Origin: Syncephalis fuscata S228
Lineage: Eukaryota; Fungi; Zoopagomycota
Direction: 5' to 3'
Assembly (NCBI GenBank): GCA_025786725.1
Contig: JAHLTZ010000004.1
Coordinates: 620,001-684,000, forward strand
Length of the DNA: 64,000 bases
The translations under genes were made by a program, and so were the position numbers. Position 1 is the stretch's first letter; each line of letters starts with the position of its first letter. The notes under the pieces were generated by a model that was not told the origin of the DNA, made no database searches, and saw only the letters and a program-made list of their open reading frames with translations. Shown one piece after another: positions 1-13,237 of the stretch.

Positions 1-78
1 TACGCCTGTGTGTATTGGTGGTATTGGTGTGTACCTATTTGCACATATCTACGTAGGTGTATTCACGTGTACGTAACA

Positions 79-2014
79 ATGAGGTCTTTAAATACTATGT
101 TTTCACAGTGTTGTGCTTTCTCGTCGGCCCTTCACTGGCTATCGGCGTTATGCTATTTTGTACGGTGGGCATCAATAGCTAGCACGGTGCTTGGATTGGT
201 GCCATTGGCACAGGCCGCCACATGCGGTGAAGGACGTGGCTGTTTGTTGAAATCACTGCCGAGTCCAGTGGCCGCGGTGATTTTAGCTGTTGCTTTACTT
301 ATAGGCCTAGTAATGCTTGTAGTGCTTGCTCGGCATCTTGGCTTATTTCAACGTCATTCTAATCATGATGAAAATATTCATAATAACAATGTCAACAATA
401 GCTATCACCACCATCATCGACATTATTATTCAAATTCATTGCCTAATGAAGAAAATGATATTTATTATTGCCAAAATGATAATAATAATAGTAAACATTC
501 ACGCAATGATATTAATAATAATAGTAACAATAATAATAATAGCAGTCAGCATTATTATCATAGTACTAGCAGCAATGCTAGATATCGTCAGCGTCGATGG
601 TGGAGACGTATGCGTGTATTTCCCTGGACGGATCACGAAGGCACTCGACGACAAGTTAGAACGACCAATCGCGAAAAGACAGAGCTATATCGGATTGATG
701 TGATACCAACAGAACATACTTATTCATCAGATGGATTAGTATTGCTAGCAAATACAACTGATACATTATCAGGGCCAACTCAAGCAAGTTATGAAGGACG
801 TCGTCGTCGACTGTTTTGTGAAATCAATGAAATACCACCCTCACCACCACCACCACCACCTTCTCCGACATTAGTGGCCATTACAAAGACAACGACAGCA
901 GCAACACCAGCAACAGCAGGCATACGATCAACTGATTCAAGACTACACAATAATAGCTATACAAATTATATATCAAGTAGTCATCATAATACAGCATCAC
1001 ATAATATGCCTATATCGATGACAGGTACACCACTAGTTCATCGGTGGTCATCACCTACTAACTATTATCCAATGGAGTTGGCAATTATGATGCCACGGCC
1101 ACCACCACCTGTTGCATTGTCGGCATCACTTTGGCACTCCAATTTTCCACGACCTCGATCACCGCTTACTTATATTACTGAATTACCGGCAGCAGAAATA
1201 GCTGAACAACAACAGGAGCAACAATCGGAAGTGTATCACAATGGTAACGGTGAAGTAAATGAAGAAGAAGAGGAGGAAGAGGAGGAAGAGGAGGAGGATG
1301 TAGGTGATGAAACTGAATTTGAATCAAATGGTACAGCTACAACACCGATAGCATCTCGTCGTCAATTAAGCCACTTACCCGTGCGGCTACGTGGTCACCA
1401 TCAAGAACAGCAACCGATTTATCAAATAGTGCAACCATTGTGCCCAAATTGACCGATGAGCGTACAAAATGTTTAAAGATGAATGAAGATCGAAATAGCC
1501 AGTCTAATAACTCTATTAATGGTACAAAAGTTGCATCTACGTTATTTACTGCAAATGGCCATAGTAATAATAATAATGATAATAGTGGTACTAACAATAA
1601 TGGTAATAGTAATCAGTATCACATTATCACTATGCTAAACACAAAATGGTACCTATCAATATGCTTGTCAATTTATCAAGACAACATGTATTGCCATCTA
1701 TGGATCGTAGCTATATTAATACTGATAACTCGGTACAAAAACCATCTTTACGGCCTCGTCGCTATCCGCGTCGATCGCTTGTTGTGGCTGATACACTGGC
1801 ACGGTCTTTAGCAATGGCAGCACGAGCTACATCTTCTCCAGGAACTGCTACGCAACCAAGTCCTTTGAATGCCATTGCTAGTCCATCTCTATCAATTACT
1901 ACCAAAGAACTAATTGGTCAATCGCAACAACAACAGCAACATATGACATCGACAACCTTTGAGTCTAGCTTCCACTTTCTTCATCTCTTGGCAGCTCAAA
2001 ATTATCTGCCATAA
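79..2014 (+). CDS. Orphan signal-peptide/single-TM protein with Asn/His/Glu/Pro-rich low-complexity tail, broken by about 2 frameshifts
   Basis: ATG at 79 in ORF 10..1452; hydrophobic stretches WASIASTVLGLVPLAQAA and VAAVILAVALLIGLVMLVVLA. Similar-composition coding continues in overlapping ORFs 1440..1811 and 1646..2014, each in the -1 frame. Confidence 0.6.
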
Positions 2015-2344
2015 AGTCGTAACAATACTAATGATGCTATTGGCAATCTAAGCAATACCAGTATTAGTAGTCTATTTGTTACTGTGTAATTAACTATTTA
2101 CTAATAAACATTTATTAATAATTAAAAGTCGGTCCTATTTATTTTAATGCTATTATATTAATAAATGGATACTGTATACCACTTTTTAATTTTAAATTTT
2201 AAAGTGTGTAAATTCTAATCTTTATTTATCAAATTAAATAAGCTGCACTACATAACATGTTGCATGTTATTTAATATTATTATACAATATTGTTTACGAA
2301 TAATTTGCTATCAAATTTGGTATTATTGGGTAGTAAAATGACCA

Positions 2345-3278
2345 ACATTTACACACTTGAATTACACATTCTTTCTATTGAGCATGATGGTGGGCGGTGA
2401 ATGACATCAATCATCAAATACTGATTAGCATAGATTTATTATCTAGTATGCATATATATTCTATCTATCTATATCATTTCTATTCTATTCCATACTACCA
2501 CATACCATTTTATAGTATATTGACTAAATGTTGTTTGCTATAAGTTCCAACTACATATAGTTTGATCACTAAAGATAGAGAAATGAAATGAATTTTATAA
2601 CCAATAAAGCTAATGTTAAAATAAAACTAGCTATGAATAACCCATAATCATTGTATTATAAATAATATATATTATAATGAATATGAAATAGGAAAAGCAC
2701 AAATAACGGCAATGAGGTTGCAGTTAATATATTTGTGAATGAACAAACGAAATGAGTCAAGATTTATTAATAATAAAGCTAAAACAAAAATATAAACAGT
2801 TTTGGACGGAGAAAGGCTAGGTGATAATTAAATGATATAGAATAAAATGAATATAAATAGGAAGAGCGTAATAAGTGGTGTTGAGGTTATAGCGCATATA
2901 ACGTAAGGAGGAAACGAGTAAATATATTGGAAAATATAAATAATAAATATGTCTAATATATCATATAATATATAGATAGATAGAAGATATATGCATACTG
3001 GATAATAAATCTATGCTGATCAGTATTTGATGATTGATGTCATTCACCGCCCACCATCATGTTCAATAGATTGGATGTTATTAAAAATAGTTATTTGTCC
3101 ACAAAAAGCAATAAGTGTGATGATGTAATGATTAAATAAAACTCACCGCTTGTCCCATGTTCAATAGATTGAATGTGTAGATCAATTACGTGAATGTTAT
3201 TAAAAAATCATTTGTTACTATTACTGATCCATATTATTATTTTGCATGACTGGCCTGTCATATACTTCACCTTCTCTC
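2345..3278. mobile_element. Long-inverted-repeat non-autonomous element (family A), copy A1
   Basis: ~100-bp inverted repeats at 2374-2473 and 2971-3070 (TCTATTGA[AG]CATGATGGTGGGCGGTGAATGACATCAATCATCAAATACTG...). AT-rich non-coding core is near-identical to copies at 18.0 kb and 26.5 kb. A second partial arm lies at ~3120-3225. Confidence 0.85.
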
Positions 3279-4439
3279 GCCGCTGCTCAAATTTGTCTAC
3301 TATTTGCTATACTACTATTTCTGCAGTTATTGTAGCATATATCATAGCTAAAGTGCCATTTATTTTATGCATGTTCTGTTTTCTGTTTTTGTTTCTTTAT
3401 AATAAATTTAAGAAAAAACAATTAAAGCCAATTCTGACTAAACTATGTCAATGAATTATAAATGTTAGCCATTTATTAACGCATGTATAATTTGATTTAT
3501 AAATAAGATAGAGTAGAATAAAACAGAAAAATGAAGACTCAAACGCACATTGACATTCCATGACTTGCTTAGAATATCAAGTTTTTTCTTTGTGTGGTTT
3601 GAGTCATATTAAAACGATATGGAAAAAAGGAAACACTGGAACGAGTATACAGCATCATCTTGTCTTTTCTTTGTTCAAATATTAATTGTATCCATTATTG
3701 TCAATAAAAGTAATCTATTTCTATTATATTACTTTAGTTAATAGCTTACATCAGTAATAGTTAGCGAATAACCAATGTATTTGGTGTTAATAGTAATCAA
3801 ATGACTTTCTATCGACAATAGCGATAGGCAAAAAGGCCAAAACAAATTAGTTGGTTGATTACAAAGAAAAACCAATCAACTGTACTACCGTAAGGCTGGA
3901 TCATCGTGGTCCGTGAATTACATCTTAGTAAAATATTTGAATTCTGCAATGCTAATTATTGTTCTTTACCAATTTATAATTGCTATAATGATGATGATGA
4001 TGACGGCTGGAAATGATATCTCTGCCACTACACGAGCTATTAGCTCAAAATGAGCAGCTTAATATCACAGTAAATTAAAAGAAAGAAGAAAGGAAAACAT
4101 TGAAAGCAAACTATTGAAAGGAATAAATTGTTCGTATTCAATATGCATGAATCAATGGTATTGTGTGCGCATGTGTAGACCAGCAACACAGACACACACA
4201 TGGACAGGTGTCGTCTCAGACGGCCGCAAATCCACCACCAACAAAAGTGTGTACTATTACGATAAGCAAAGAGTAATCGCATAATAAGTAATATAAAATA
4301 TTGGGACGAATATCAAACGGCAGTCCAACTAGACCCCACCATGATGCACCGTGCACCAACATACACATCTATCCGTGCATTGATCATGTGCTTACGACAG
4401 ATAACTAGCTAGGACGAGCACGCATTGCTATTACGCCAA

Positions 4440-5099
4440 CTAGACCATTCGGTCGGCGACCGCGTTACCTGCCGTTGGCATGGTCATGCAGGGTGTACGT
4501 GGTGTAACAGGCATCTCATTGCCACGACCACGGAAGTCATAGGCAGGAGATGGCGGAACATGCAGGCCAACGGTGCGTTGAGCGGCCATTCGTTGGGCTG
4601 CGCCTGTACCAGACGGCGTCGCCACCGGCACCCCAAGAGCAACCGAAGCAGGCGGCACCTCGACCATGATAGCAGTGGGTGCTCCCTTGCGTCGGCCTCC
4701 TCGCTTCATCGACGGAGTAGGCCCGCCAAATGTTGCATTATTACTATTGTTTTGTACGGCGTGGCGAAGCATGATGGAAGACGAACGAGATGGGCGTAAT
4801 GACGCTCTCATACCGCCTCGGCCTCCAATGCTAGCTCTACCGGTAGTGTTAGCAGACTTGACCGCTTCTTGTAGTTTTTGATTGCGTCTACTACGGTACA
4901 TAAAGAGGCCTACAGCCATAACTCCTACGGCTACGACAGAACCAATTGTGATTGCAATCGCTTTTGCATGAGACTCTGGCCTGACTTTTCCGCCGGTAGT
5001 ACCATTGCCACCACTCGGTTCGGCTGAAGGAGCAGCATCTACAACCGAGTAGATAGCAAGTGTTAAAAACGCTACAATAGTAGATAAAGGAACTCTCAT
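4440..5099 (-). CDS. Signal peptide + single-TM membrane protein (orphan, Mid2/Wsc-like topology)
   Basis: MRVPLSTIVAFLTLAIYSVVDA signal peptide; TM AIAITIGSVVAVGVMAVGLFMY followed by basic RSRR; TAG stop at 4440. Confidence 0.75.
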   Translation of the reverse strand: MRVPLSTIVAFLTLAIYSVVDAAPSAEPSGGNGTTGGKVRPESHAKAIAITIGSVVAVGVMAVGLFMYRSRRNQKLQEAVKSANTTGRASIGGRGGMRASLRPSRSSSIMLRHAVQNNSNNATFGGPTPSMKRGGRRKGAPTAIMVEVPPASVALGVPVATPSGTGAAQRMAAQRTVGLHVPPSPAYDFRGRGNEMPVTPRTPCMTMPTAGNAVADRMV

Positions 5100-7098
5100 G
5101 GTTGTTCTATTTGTGTAGAATATCCAAAACAGACAATGATTAACGCTGATTTGATTTACGGCCCAATAATAGCAATGCCTACCAATATAGATACAACTAA
5201 TTATTGGCTGAATGGGCGCCGGTGTTAAATAGTTGGAAAGTACGATACGAGCCACGATATTAAAAAGCACACCAATGGGACGAAGTGAGCGAGTAGATGT
5301 TGGTGTATATCACTGAACCTAGACGATAATCTCAACAAGGCCTGCCTTGAAGGAGTGAAAGCGAAGAGAAAAAGAGCAGAGTGAAACAAACGGCTAAAAT
5401 GCTAGTGCGAGCCCAAACGATGGCTATGTAGATACGCACAACAGCAACTAAAAAACAACAAAATTAATAAGTGTCACTATATTGTTATTACCAAATAGCC
5501 AATAAACTATCCATGTAGTTGCAAAGGTGCATATGCATAGAAATATTGACTAAATTTACTTACGCTGCAGAACGAATGAATGAGAGTAGATGGCAAAGAT
5601 GAAAAGAAAGTAAATGGGCGACAAGTCGGGAATAATGCAGCTTTATTAAGAAAACGAGCAGCATGTAACACGGAGTTGGCAAACGGGGATTGTGCTTCTT
5701 ATCGGTTATATTTCTGTGGGTGTGTATGGGCATATGGATTGAGGATGTAGACTTGTACATATGGCGACGCATACGGGTAAGGGATGAAACCCATGTATGG
5801 AAATGTCTGAGGTTTAAATTTTTTATATCAGCGTGATGAAGCGCTATAGCAATAATAGCTATAATGGTGCTACAATGGTATATCGGCTTGCATGCCAGGA
5901 TCAGGTTTGGTTAAACCGGCGTTACATTGCTAGTCAGTTGGTAGGAAGTGAAGAAGTACAATGGCATTTATAAAACTGGGATTCTTTATTCTATTTGTGT
6001 AAATAAATCTATTGTCTGCTAATGTAATGAATTATGATGCCACTGTAAAAAATACAGCAATAGCTAGAAATATAATAAAATATATGAAGAAATAAGTTAG
6101 AAAGGCTTGGCATTTTTATTGATAATAATAGCGAATAAATTATGTAGCGGTCTTTCTCGTAAGCGGGAAATAGTATACAGAAAATGGCAAAGTGTGTAAT
6201 CCACAGTTTTAGCGTGGGAACCAAATAATTTATAATAACCAAATATGGCAATGCCAATAGAAGATGAGCAAAGGACAATGGTAACATATTTTTAATATTC
6301 TTTATCAATAATAAAGCCAATTAGCTATATGGTTGTTTTTTGCGCAAATAATAAATAACGCATGGAAATGGCAAAAGGTGTGCAGTTATGATTAGTGCGA
6401 AAAAAGCTGGCAATTAATAGTTACCAAATGTGGTAATGACACTATTCTATGCCTCAATGCCATTTTCTGTGAATAACTTATTTAGATCTACGAATAAAGA
6501 CAATTAAGCCTTTGCTTTCATTGTTTAATGGCCTATCATGTAAATAGTAGATGCTATCCGCATGTAAATGATTGCATGTGCTACACACGCGCACAAACAC
6601 AAACACTTACACACACCTACACACATATATACACATGGGTACACAGGCACAAATTATAATGGGCTTGACTAAACTAGCTGGTTGTTTCAGTGTTGCTAAA
6701 CCCTTGTAACCATGTAAGATGGCTCAAATTACGGATGTCAAGTGAATTACATAGTAAGCAACCGATCATTGCTATTTAATTATTACATCGATTATTAAGT
6801 TTCTCGTTTAATGAATATTATTAAATTAGATTCATTTTTGCAACTATCATCGTTATTTCTACCCTGCTTAGTTATCGTCACTATCGCCATATGTTCTTTT
6901 ATTACTAGCTATATCTATCGCTTTGATTCAACTTACCATTGTGTTTATTCATCGATTGTGACCAACTTGACTCCACCTCTCCTTAGTTCTTTTCTGGCTT
7001 ATTGAGATTTGTGGTTGTACGTAACCGGTTACTTTTGATTTAACATTGTTTTACACCTTTGTACAACCTTGTTTTTACCGCCACGCTGCCTTGTGCCA

Positions 7099-9354
7099 AT
7101 GGATGACAAACTGCCATCGACCTGTGCTTTACCCGTCGACCGGCCTCCTTCAGAGATATTTCTTTCGATCTTCCATTTACTGCCCCAGACAGATCTTGTT
7201 AATGCTGTACGCGTGTGTCGTCGTTGGCATTTTCTTGCAGCACCGATACTTTGGCGAGAGCCTAAGCTATTCTTGCAGAGCACTCGACCTGCATCATCCA
7301 TAGCTGTTGCAAGTAATGAGCCAGCTAGACTGAATACAACACCCATTTCGACTACCCCCTCGTCGCCGTTGTCGTCGTCACCACCATCGTCAACATTACC
7401 AGCTAATATTCGTGGTACAAGCGATGGAAACAGCTTGCATGGCCATCAGGGGCAAGTAACCAATGCTGCGCCGTCCTTTGAAATATCTGCACCGTTACCT
7501 AGATCCCCCATTGCCTCAAATGATCCGACACCTGTTTACGCTCGCAACAGTTTGAACCAAGAGACCCCTACCGTTCAGGTAATTCTACCAGACGATACTT
7601 CATCAGATACGGAACGTGAGTCACGCCGTATTTTCAATTTATTCAAACGAAAGACACATCCCCATGGACTGCCGTCGTCATCAGTATCATTGTCGTCATC
7701 ATCTCTAGCACGGTGTCAAGATCCACAAAAGGAAACATGGCACCTTTTTATGCAAACAACTTGTGGCGTTGATTGGTACAAAAGGCCGAGTCTTAGCCAG
7801 CAACTCATTTCCCGCTGCTCCGCTTTAATTTTACGGAGCTTTAGCTCGCTTGGTGGCAACACAGTGACCAGTGGCCATGGCGGTGATGATGTCTCAAACA
7901 ACACAATGTCTATGCCTTATTTACATGATAATAGTGAACACCCTAGAGAACTAATATCAACGGCAGAGAAACGGATAGCCTATGCTGGTGCAACTTCGTT
8001 TATTTTGTCGACTGATTCACCATCATCGACAAATGACAGTCCGGTAGGGCTACCTGTCAATACATCGACAACTTCACTTGCTACAAGCCAAATGGCATCA
8101 TCTGTAGGCAGTTCATTTTCAGATATCAATCTAGATGAAGCACCCACAAATAATCCACTCGTGCCACCACCGCTTCTTTATCTTGGACATTATAGCGCGT
8201 TGATTGAACGGCTTAATCTGTCCAAAGGATATTTGCGCGTGTCAGATCATGCTATTCGTCAATTGGCTGAACAATGTCCAAAATTACGTGTTATTAATCT
8301 AAGCTCATGTCTGCAGATTACGGATGAAGCAATGATTGCTCTGGCTCAACACTGTCCGTTAGAAGCAGTAAATGCCACATCTTGCCAGCAACTAACGACT
8401 GCAACAACGCTAGCTTTGGCCAAGTATTGCTATCGTCTACGATCACTATGTCTTGCTGGCTGTCCCTTAACCATAAACGATGAGACGATTAGAGAGCTAG
8501 TTTATGGATGTGGCCATAAATTAGGATATCTTCGTATTGGCGGTAGTTTCCAACTAACGGACGTTGGTCTTATTTCTATTGCTAAAGGTTGTAATAGCCA
8601 GTTGCGCTGGTTAGATGTTGGTCAATGTCCGCTTATATCGGATAAAGGCGTGCTTGCTTTGGCTGCCAATTGTCCTCAATTAGAATGGCTCGATTTAACT
8701 AAAGGCTATCCATCGCAGCATCAACAATATTTGCAGCAATTTCAACAGCAGCAGCAACGTACTGTTCAAATGCAGCAACAATGGTCGCAACAACAGCTAC
8801 AGCAACAATCAGCGACTGAAACGCCTGCACCTTCAACAACTATACCAAGCCAGTCGCTGCCAACAACACATCCTGCTTCGGCCTTGACAACACCAATGCC
8901 GCAGCCTGAAATAACAGCCGAAATACAGCAAGCAGCACTAACAATAGCCCATACTGCCTCACGATTCTTTGCTAATCGTACAGGTCCATTGCCAGTTATT
9001 ACTGATGCTAGTATTTGTAAATTAGTTGAGCGATGCCCAAAACTACGCCTACTTAATCTTAATGGCCGTGGTGAGCTGACCGACGTTACTCTTGATGCCG
9101 TATCAATTTATTGCATGAACCTTCGTTCGCTGACGATTAGTGGCTGCAACAAAGTAACAACAAGCGCTGTTAAACGTTTAGGTAGCGATCGCATTGGCTG
9201 GGTAGGCATGTCGCCCTGCCCGAACGTATCATTTACTGAAGTATGTGCAGCCAGTAAATGGAAGGTTATTAGCCTGCAAGACGTGCCAAAATTCCATCTC
9301 AATCTTATGAATGGCCAGTCATGGGACGATGTAGGCACCGAACGATCACGGTAA
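7099..9354 (+). CDS. F-box/leucine-rich-repeat protein (Grr1/FBXL-like)
   Basis: F-box PSEIFLSIFHLLPQTDLVNAVRVCRRWHFLAAPILW; multiple Cys-containing LRRs (CPKLRVINLSSCLQITDEAM, LRWLDVGQCPLISDKGV); poly-Q insert; intronless. Confidence 0.9.
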   Translation: MDDKLPSTCALPVDRPPSEIFLSIFHLLPQTDLVNAVRVCRRWHFLAAPILWREPKLFLQSTRPASSIAVASNEPARLNTTPISTTPSSPLSSSPPSSTLPANIRGTSDGNSLHGHQGQVTNAAPSFEISAPLPRSPIASNDPTPVYARNSLNQETPTVQVILPDDTSSDTERESRRIFNLFKRKTHPHGLPSSSVSLSSSSLARCQDPQKETWHLFMQTTCGVDWYKRPSLSQQLISRCSALILRSFSSLGGNTVTSGHGGDDVSNNTMSMPYLHDNSEHPRELISTAEKRIAYAGATSFILSTDSPSSTNDSPVGLPVNTSTTSLATSQMASSVGSSFSDINLDEAPTNNPLVPPPLLYLGHYSALIERLNLSKGYLRVSDHAIRQLAEQCPKLRVINLSSCLQITDEAMIALAQHCPLEAVNATSCQQLTTATTLALAKYCYRLRSLCLAGCPLTINDETIRELVYGCGHKLGYLRIGGSFQLTDVGLISIAKGCNSQLRWLDVGQCPLISDKGVLALAANCPQLEWLDLTKGYPSQHQQYLQQFQQQQQRTVQMQQQWSQQQLQQQSATETPAPSTTIPSQSLPTTHPASALTTPMPQPEITAEIQQAALTIAHTASRFFANRTGPLPVITDASICKLVERCPKLRLLNLNGRGELTDVTLDAVSIYCMNLRSLTISGCNKVTTSAVKRLGSDRIGWVGMSPCPNVSFTEVCAASKWKVISLQDVPKFHLNLMNGQSWDDVGTERSR

Positions 9355-9638
9355 CAATGCCACAACGTAGATTCAGGCTGGCAGCGTTATTTTCTTTTGT
9401 TTTTGTTATATTCTAGTGCTCTCTAATGCTCTACTTGTTGTTTGATACTTTATTTACATAAATTCTATCAAACTTGCATGGCTTCCACTCTATTCGAGTT
9501 CTTCGTGTATTATTGCTTCAAATAATAGTTACATAATCGACTCATAAATCGATTCATTCATATTGTCATTGGTAAACATATAAATGTTATGCCGTACGAA
9601 TATACGTTTATTGACTAACATCATTTGCTTATAAATAT

Positions 9639-11087
9639 TTAATGACCAGAAGGCAGTGATGTTGGATTAAAACTAATATCCAGCGTACACTCGCCATCCG
9701 CACTTACACATGGATAAAGTGCCGGTGCGCGTACATTACTAAACGCAACACCCAGATGCATGCCATTACGCGTATAATATACACCACCAGTGGCAGGGTC
9801 ATAGCCACACCCGATAACATCACCTTCTCGGTATCCAGCCGCGTAATCCATCCCTCCTCCTGCATCGGAATAAAACTTGCGGCCATCATCGCTATGATAG
9901 CCAACGGACGTGGGCTCCCATCCAACAAGGCGGAAAGGTGGATAAGGTTGTGAGGCAAAGCCAATAGCCACCGTACTATCCCGTGTCAGCTTGTGGATAA
10001 TTTCAACTTCGTAGTAATATTTTGCTGTAGTAATGGGCGTTGATTGCTCCGCGGCGAGAGCAGATGTTGCTTCTGATGGGATTGGATAGGCTGATAGCAC
10101 TGAGGTATCTTGTGGCTGGCTAAAAGTAACAACGCGTCCTTCGTCTGTAACAGATACACCACTGGGAATAGTTACACTGAATTGAGAAATTGGTGCAAAA
10201 TTGTATGTCTTCCATTCAGGCAGAGTTAGCGTATCAGGTATCGGCTCCTGTGGATGATTCCGAATAAAAGCTAAAGCGGCATAATAGCTCTCAGTAGGGG
10301 CCTCATTAATTAAACCTTCCTCATGTTGCTGCGTTTGTGCTAGATGATTATAACTTGGTGGCATCGCACCGTCCCCGTGTTGCTGTGTTTGTGTTACATG
10401 ATCATAACTTGGTAGTACTCTGCCCTCTTCTATTGCAGCCGCACTGTGACGACCAGCCGAGGCGGCGGTAGTCGGAGCGACCTGATGAGCAAAAATAGTC
10501 GAGGAATCACCGTTTTGAGTCATTTCAGCATTCGATTTATTCTTGTTTAAACGCGTTTTGTAACCAATAAAGATTAAGCGTCCTAAAACAACTAAAAGAG
10601 AAAGACTACATATCGATCCAATGGTAATAACTAGTTGACAACGAACTGTACACTGACTATTTTCATTAGTAAATCTAATCCAGTAGGGACTAACAGGCAG
10701 GCCACCGTTAGTATAATAAGGAACACCGGCATCAATTTCAGTCGCATTGGACAATCCACTTGTTGTCCGATGTGAACTAGGTGTCATAAAAACAATAAAT
10801 GTTGGTGACCTTGATGGAAATATTGGCACATCTGAATTAATACTTCCAGTGCTTCCGCTAGATCCTCGACTTCCTTTGCTGCCACCACTAGATCCTCTAC
10901 TTCCTCCACTACTGCCGCTAGATCCCCTACTTCCTCCGCCTCCTCCTCTACCGCCGCCACCACCACCGCCACCTTTAGTCAAGGCATGCTCAATAAAGCA
11001 AGCTAGTAATACTAGCAAAAAAAAAAACAATGCTGGATACTCATAATGCAAAACTAAAATAAAAAGGACGGTACAGACAAGTGCCAT
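9639..11087 (-). CDS. SPRY-domain membrane protein with PY motifs (Ssh4/Ear1-like Rsp5 adaptor)
   Basis: C-terminal SPRY domain (YYYEVEI...VAIGFASQPYPPFRLVGWEPTSVGYHSDDGRKF...GDVIGCGY); TM segment; LPSY/PPSY motifs; N-terminal hydrophobic and Gly/Ser-rich region. Confidence 0.85.
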   Translation of the reverse strand: MALVCTVLFILVLHYEYPALFFFLLVLLACFIEHALTKGGGGGGGGRGGGGGSRGSSGSSGGSRGSSGGSKGSRGSSGSTGSINSDVPIFPSRSPTFIVFMTPSSHRTTSGLSNATEIDAGVPYYTNGGLPVSPYWIRFTNENSQCTVRCQLVITIGSICSLSLLVVLGRLIFIGYKTRLNKNKSNAEMTQNGDSSTIFAHQVAPTTAASAGRHSAAAIEEGRVLPSYDHVTQTQQHGDGAMPPSYNHLAQTQQHEEGLINEAPTESYYAALAFIRNHPQEPIPDTLTLPEWKTYNFAPISQFSVTIPSGVSVTDEGRVVTFSQPQDTSVLSAYPIPSEATSALAAEQSTPITTAKYYYEVEIIHKLTRDSTVAIGFASQPYPPFRLVGWEPTSVGYHSDDGRKFYSDAGGGMDYAAGYREGDVIGCGYDPATGGVYYTRNGMHLGVAFSNVRAPALYPCVSADGECTLDISFNPTSLPSGH

Positions 11088-12226
11088 GTTCCTATATAGC
11101 TTCGTATAACAAAGGCTACCCCTTTTTGTTGGCTATGATGGAATGTCTTAATGTAAAGACTTTGCTGTTTTCCTGTTTTCTTGGTGTACAATTCGTATTA
11201 ATAGGCCCGTGTTAATAGAAGTTTCTTTTGCTAAAATGGCAAGTTTGCTCGCGTTTTACTAGTTGCACAAGTAGATATGTTATTACTATTAGAAAGTTCT
11301 AATTGTATTAATTTGAATACCACACACGATTAGTTATACCAATCTACCCCGCATTTTTATATTTTTATTCCTTTATTTAACTGTCCGTACAAATAGTCAG
11401 TTAATTATGTATGATACTCATCTAAGTATTATTGACACAAAACCTAATATTATCTGCAACTCAATGTTATCATTTTTGTATTTTTATTATTTTAACTTTT
11501 ATTTAAAATAAATACATTTAGTAATAATCAAACAGCTTTTATTAATATTATGTGGCTATCACGTTTATTTAGCTTAACCGATAACATGGTCAATAACATT
11601 TTAAATTAAAGTTAAAAATGGAACGGCATATAAAACACACATGTATTAATGTATAAAATTATGATGCTAAAATACAGCTAAATAAGCTACTAATAATATA
11701 CAATAAGGCTGTAATACACTTTAGTAATTAATGGTGTATAAAAACAATGAAATAAACGTATACAATATGTTGTGCCGTACTATAAATCTAATATTTATTC
11801 AATATTTTAACTAGCATGATATTTAATTTATTTGATAAACTACTGTTAATCGCATTGGACTTATATTTATAAACATTATTGAAACAGATTCATTAAATAT
11901 TGCTGAACGATTTTAAATCGAGATGTCATGATGCGTAAAAATATTCTTGCTATTGCCAAACCAATTTGTGTTGAAAATGACAGATCGGCTAGATTTATCA
12001 AATCATTTCAAAACAATATAATCACTGCACAGAATGCAGGTTTAGCCTTCCTTTTCTGGCGGAAAGAAAGATGTAGATATTGTAGGTACTTTCTTCTTTC
12101 CAATCATCCTCTTAAACCACCCTTATCATTCCTACCATTTTATCCCATGCACTTAAAGCAATATCAATCTCAACTATAACAGCACCGTACTTTGACTCAT
12201 CTCCATCTTCATCTACTTTTTAACGA

Positions 12227-13237
12227 ATGGCAGGACACGGACACTTGAACGGATCCAAATTCCGTACGACTGTTTGGGATCCATGGCTAATACTATCGCA
12301 GATTGCTGCTATGCAATCTTGCTATTATACGCTACTTAGCTTTTCAACACTGTTGGCTGAGGCATTTAGCGGACAAGATATAGCACTAGCGCATATTCTC
12401 GACTATCGCATCTATCGTGGCGATACAGTATTTGGTTGGACACTGGGTCTTGGCTCGATGGCCTGCGCTATGACAAGGTAAATCATTAACAGCATCACTG
12501 AATAGTTACAGCGACTGCAGTAGCGATATACTACTATTAGACAATACATACTGACATCCATATTTGTGTATAGTATTTTCTTACTTGTACGGATTGTGGA
12601 GCGAGCACGTCTTTGTTTAGATTTCGTAGTCACGCTACATATTGTCCACCTTGTGTTTACTACATTCTACTCGGGACACATACCTACAACGGTCTTTTGG
12701 TGGGCACTTCACCTAGCCTCATGTTGTGTCATGAGTGTTGGTGGCGAGTGGGCCTGTATGCAACGAGAAATGGAGCCGATTCTACTAAGTGGTGGCAGTG
12801 CAACGAATGTAGCTAGTTCGCGCACCAATGGCACAGAGGCTCACGCAACGGCCAACCGCTTCCTTTCAACCATCGACGAAGATGATATCTTCCATCGCGA
12901 AGTTATCGTAGATATAGAAAATGGAGGCAGCGATAGTGGCATGACGGCAGATGACAAACGAAAAGGTCGATTGCTTAACGAAGGCTACGACGGCGATAAC
13001 GATACCGAATACGACGACGATGAGATGAAGGATGGTTATGGCACTGAAGAAGATAGGGCAAAGTCGCGCTTAAGTAATCGAATTGGCGCAATTAGTCAAC
13101 GGGTGGCCCGTGTCATAGGCGATAAAAAACGAAAGCAAAGTGGTGTTTCTTACGAAATGATACCGCAAGTACGTGTTACATCTGCCACTAGTATGATAGC
13201 AGGTCAGCCATCGACCAATCGACCAGAACGTCCTTAG
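12227..13237 (+). CDS. SYS1: Sys1 Golgi integral membrane protein; exons 12227-12477, 12574-13237
   Basis: FRTTVWDPWLILSQIAAMQSCYY...IVERARLCLDFVVTLHIVH...WW...GEWACMQREMEPI matches the Sys1 family; GT-AG intron keeps the frame. Confidence 0.9.

Noticed and set aside
326-703. Ile-rich overlapping ORF and similar shadow ORFs opposite the main genes
   Set aside because: Alternative-frame readings of AAT/CAA/CCA repeats in the real genes.
3194-3454. ORF MLLKNHLLLLLIHIIILHDWPVIYFTFS..., duplicated at 26152..26394
   Set aside because: The identity comes from the family A repeat end, and the two ORFs diverge exactly at the repeat boundary; not a gene.
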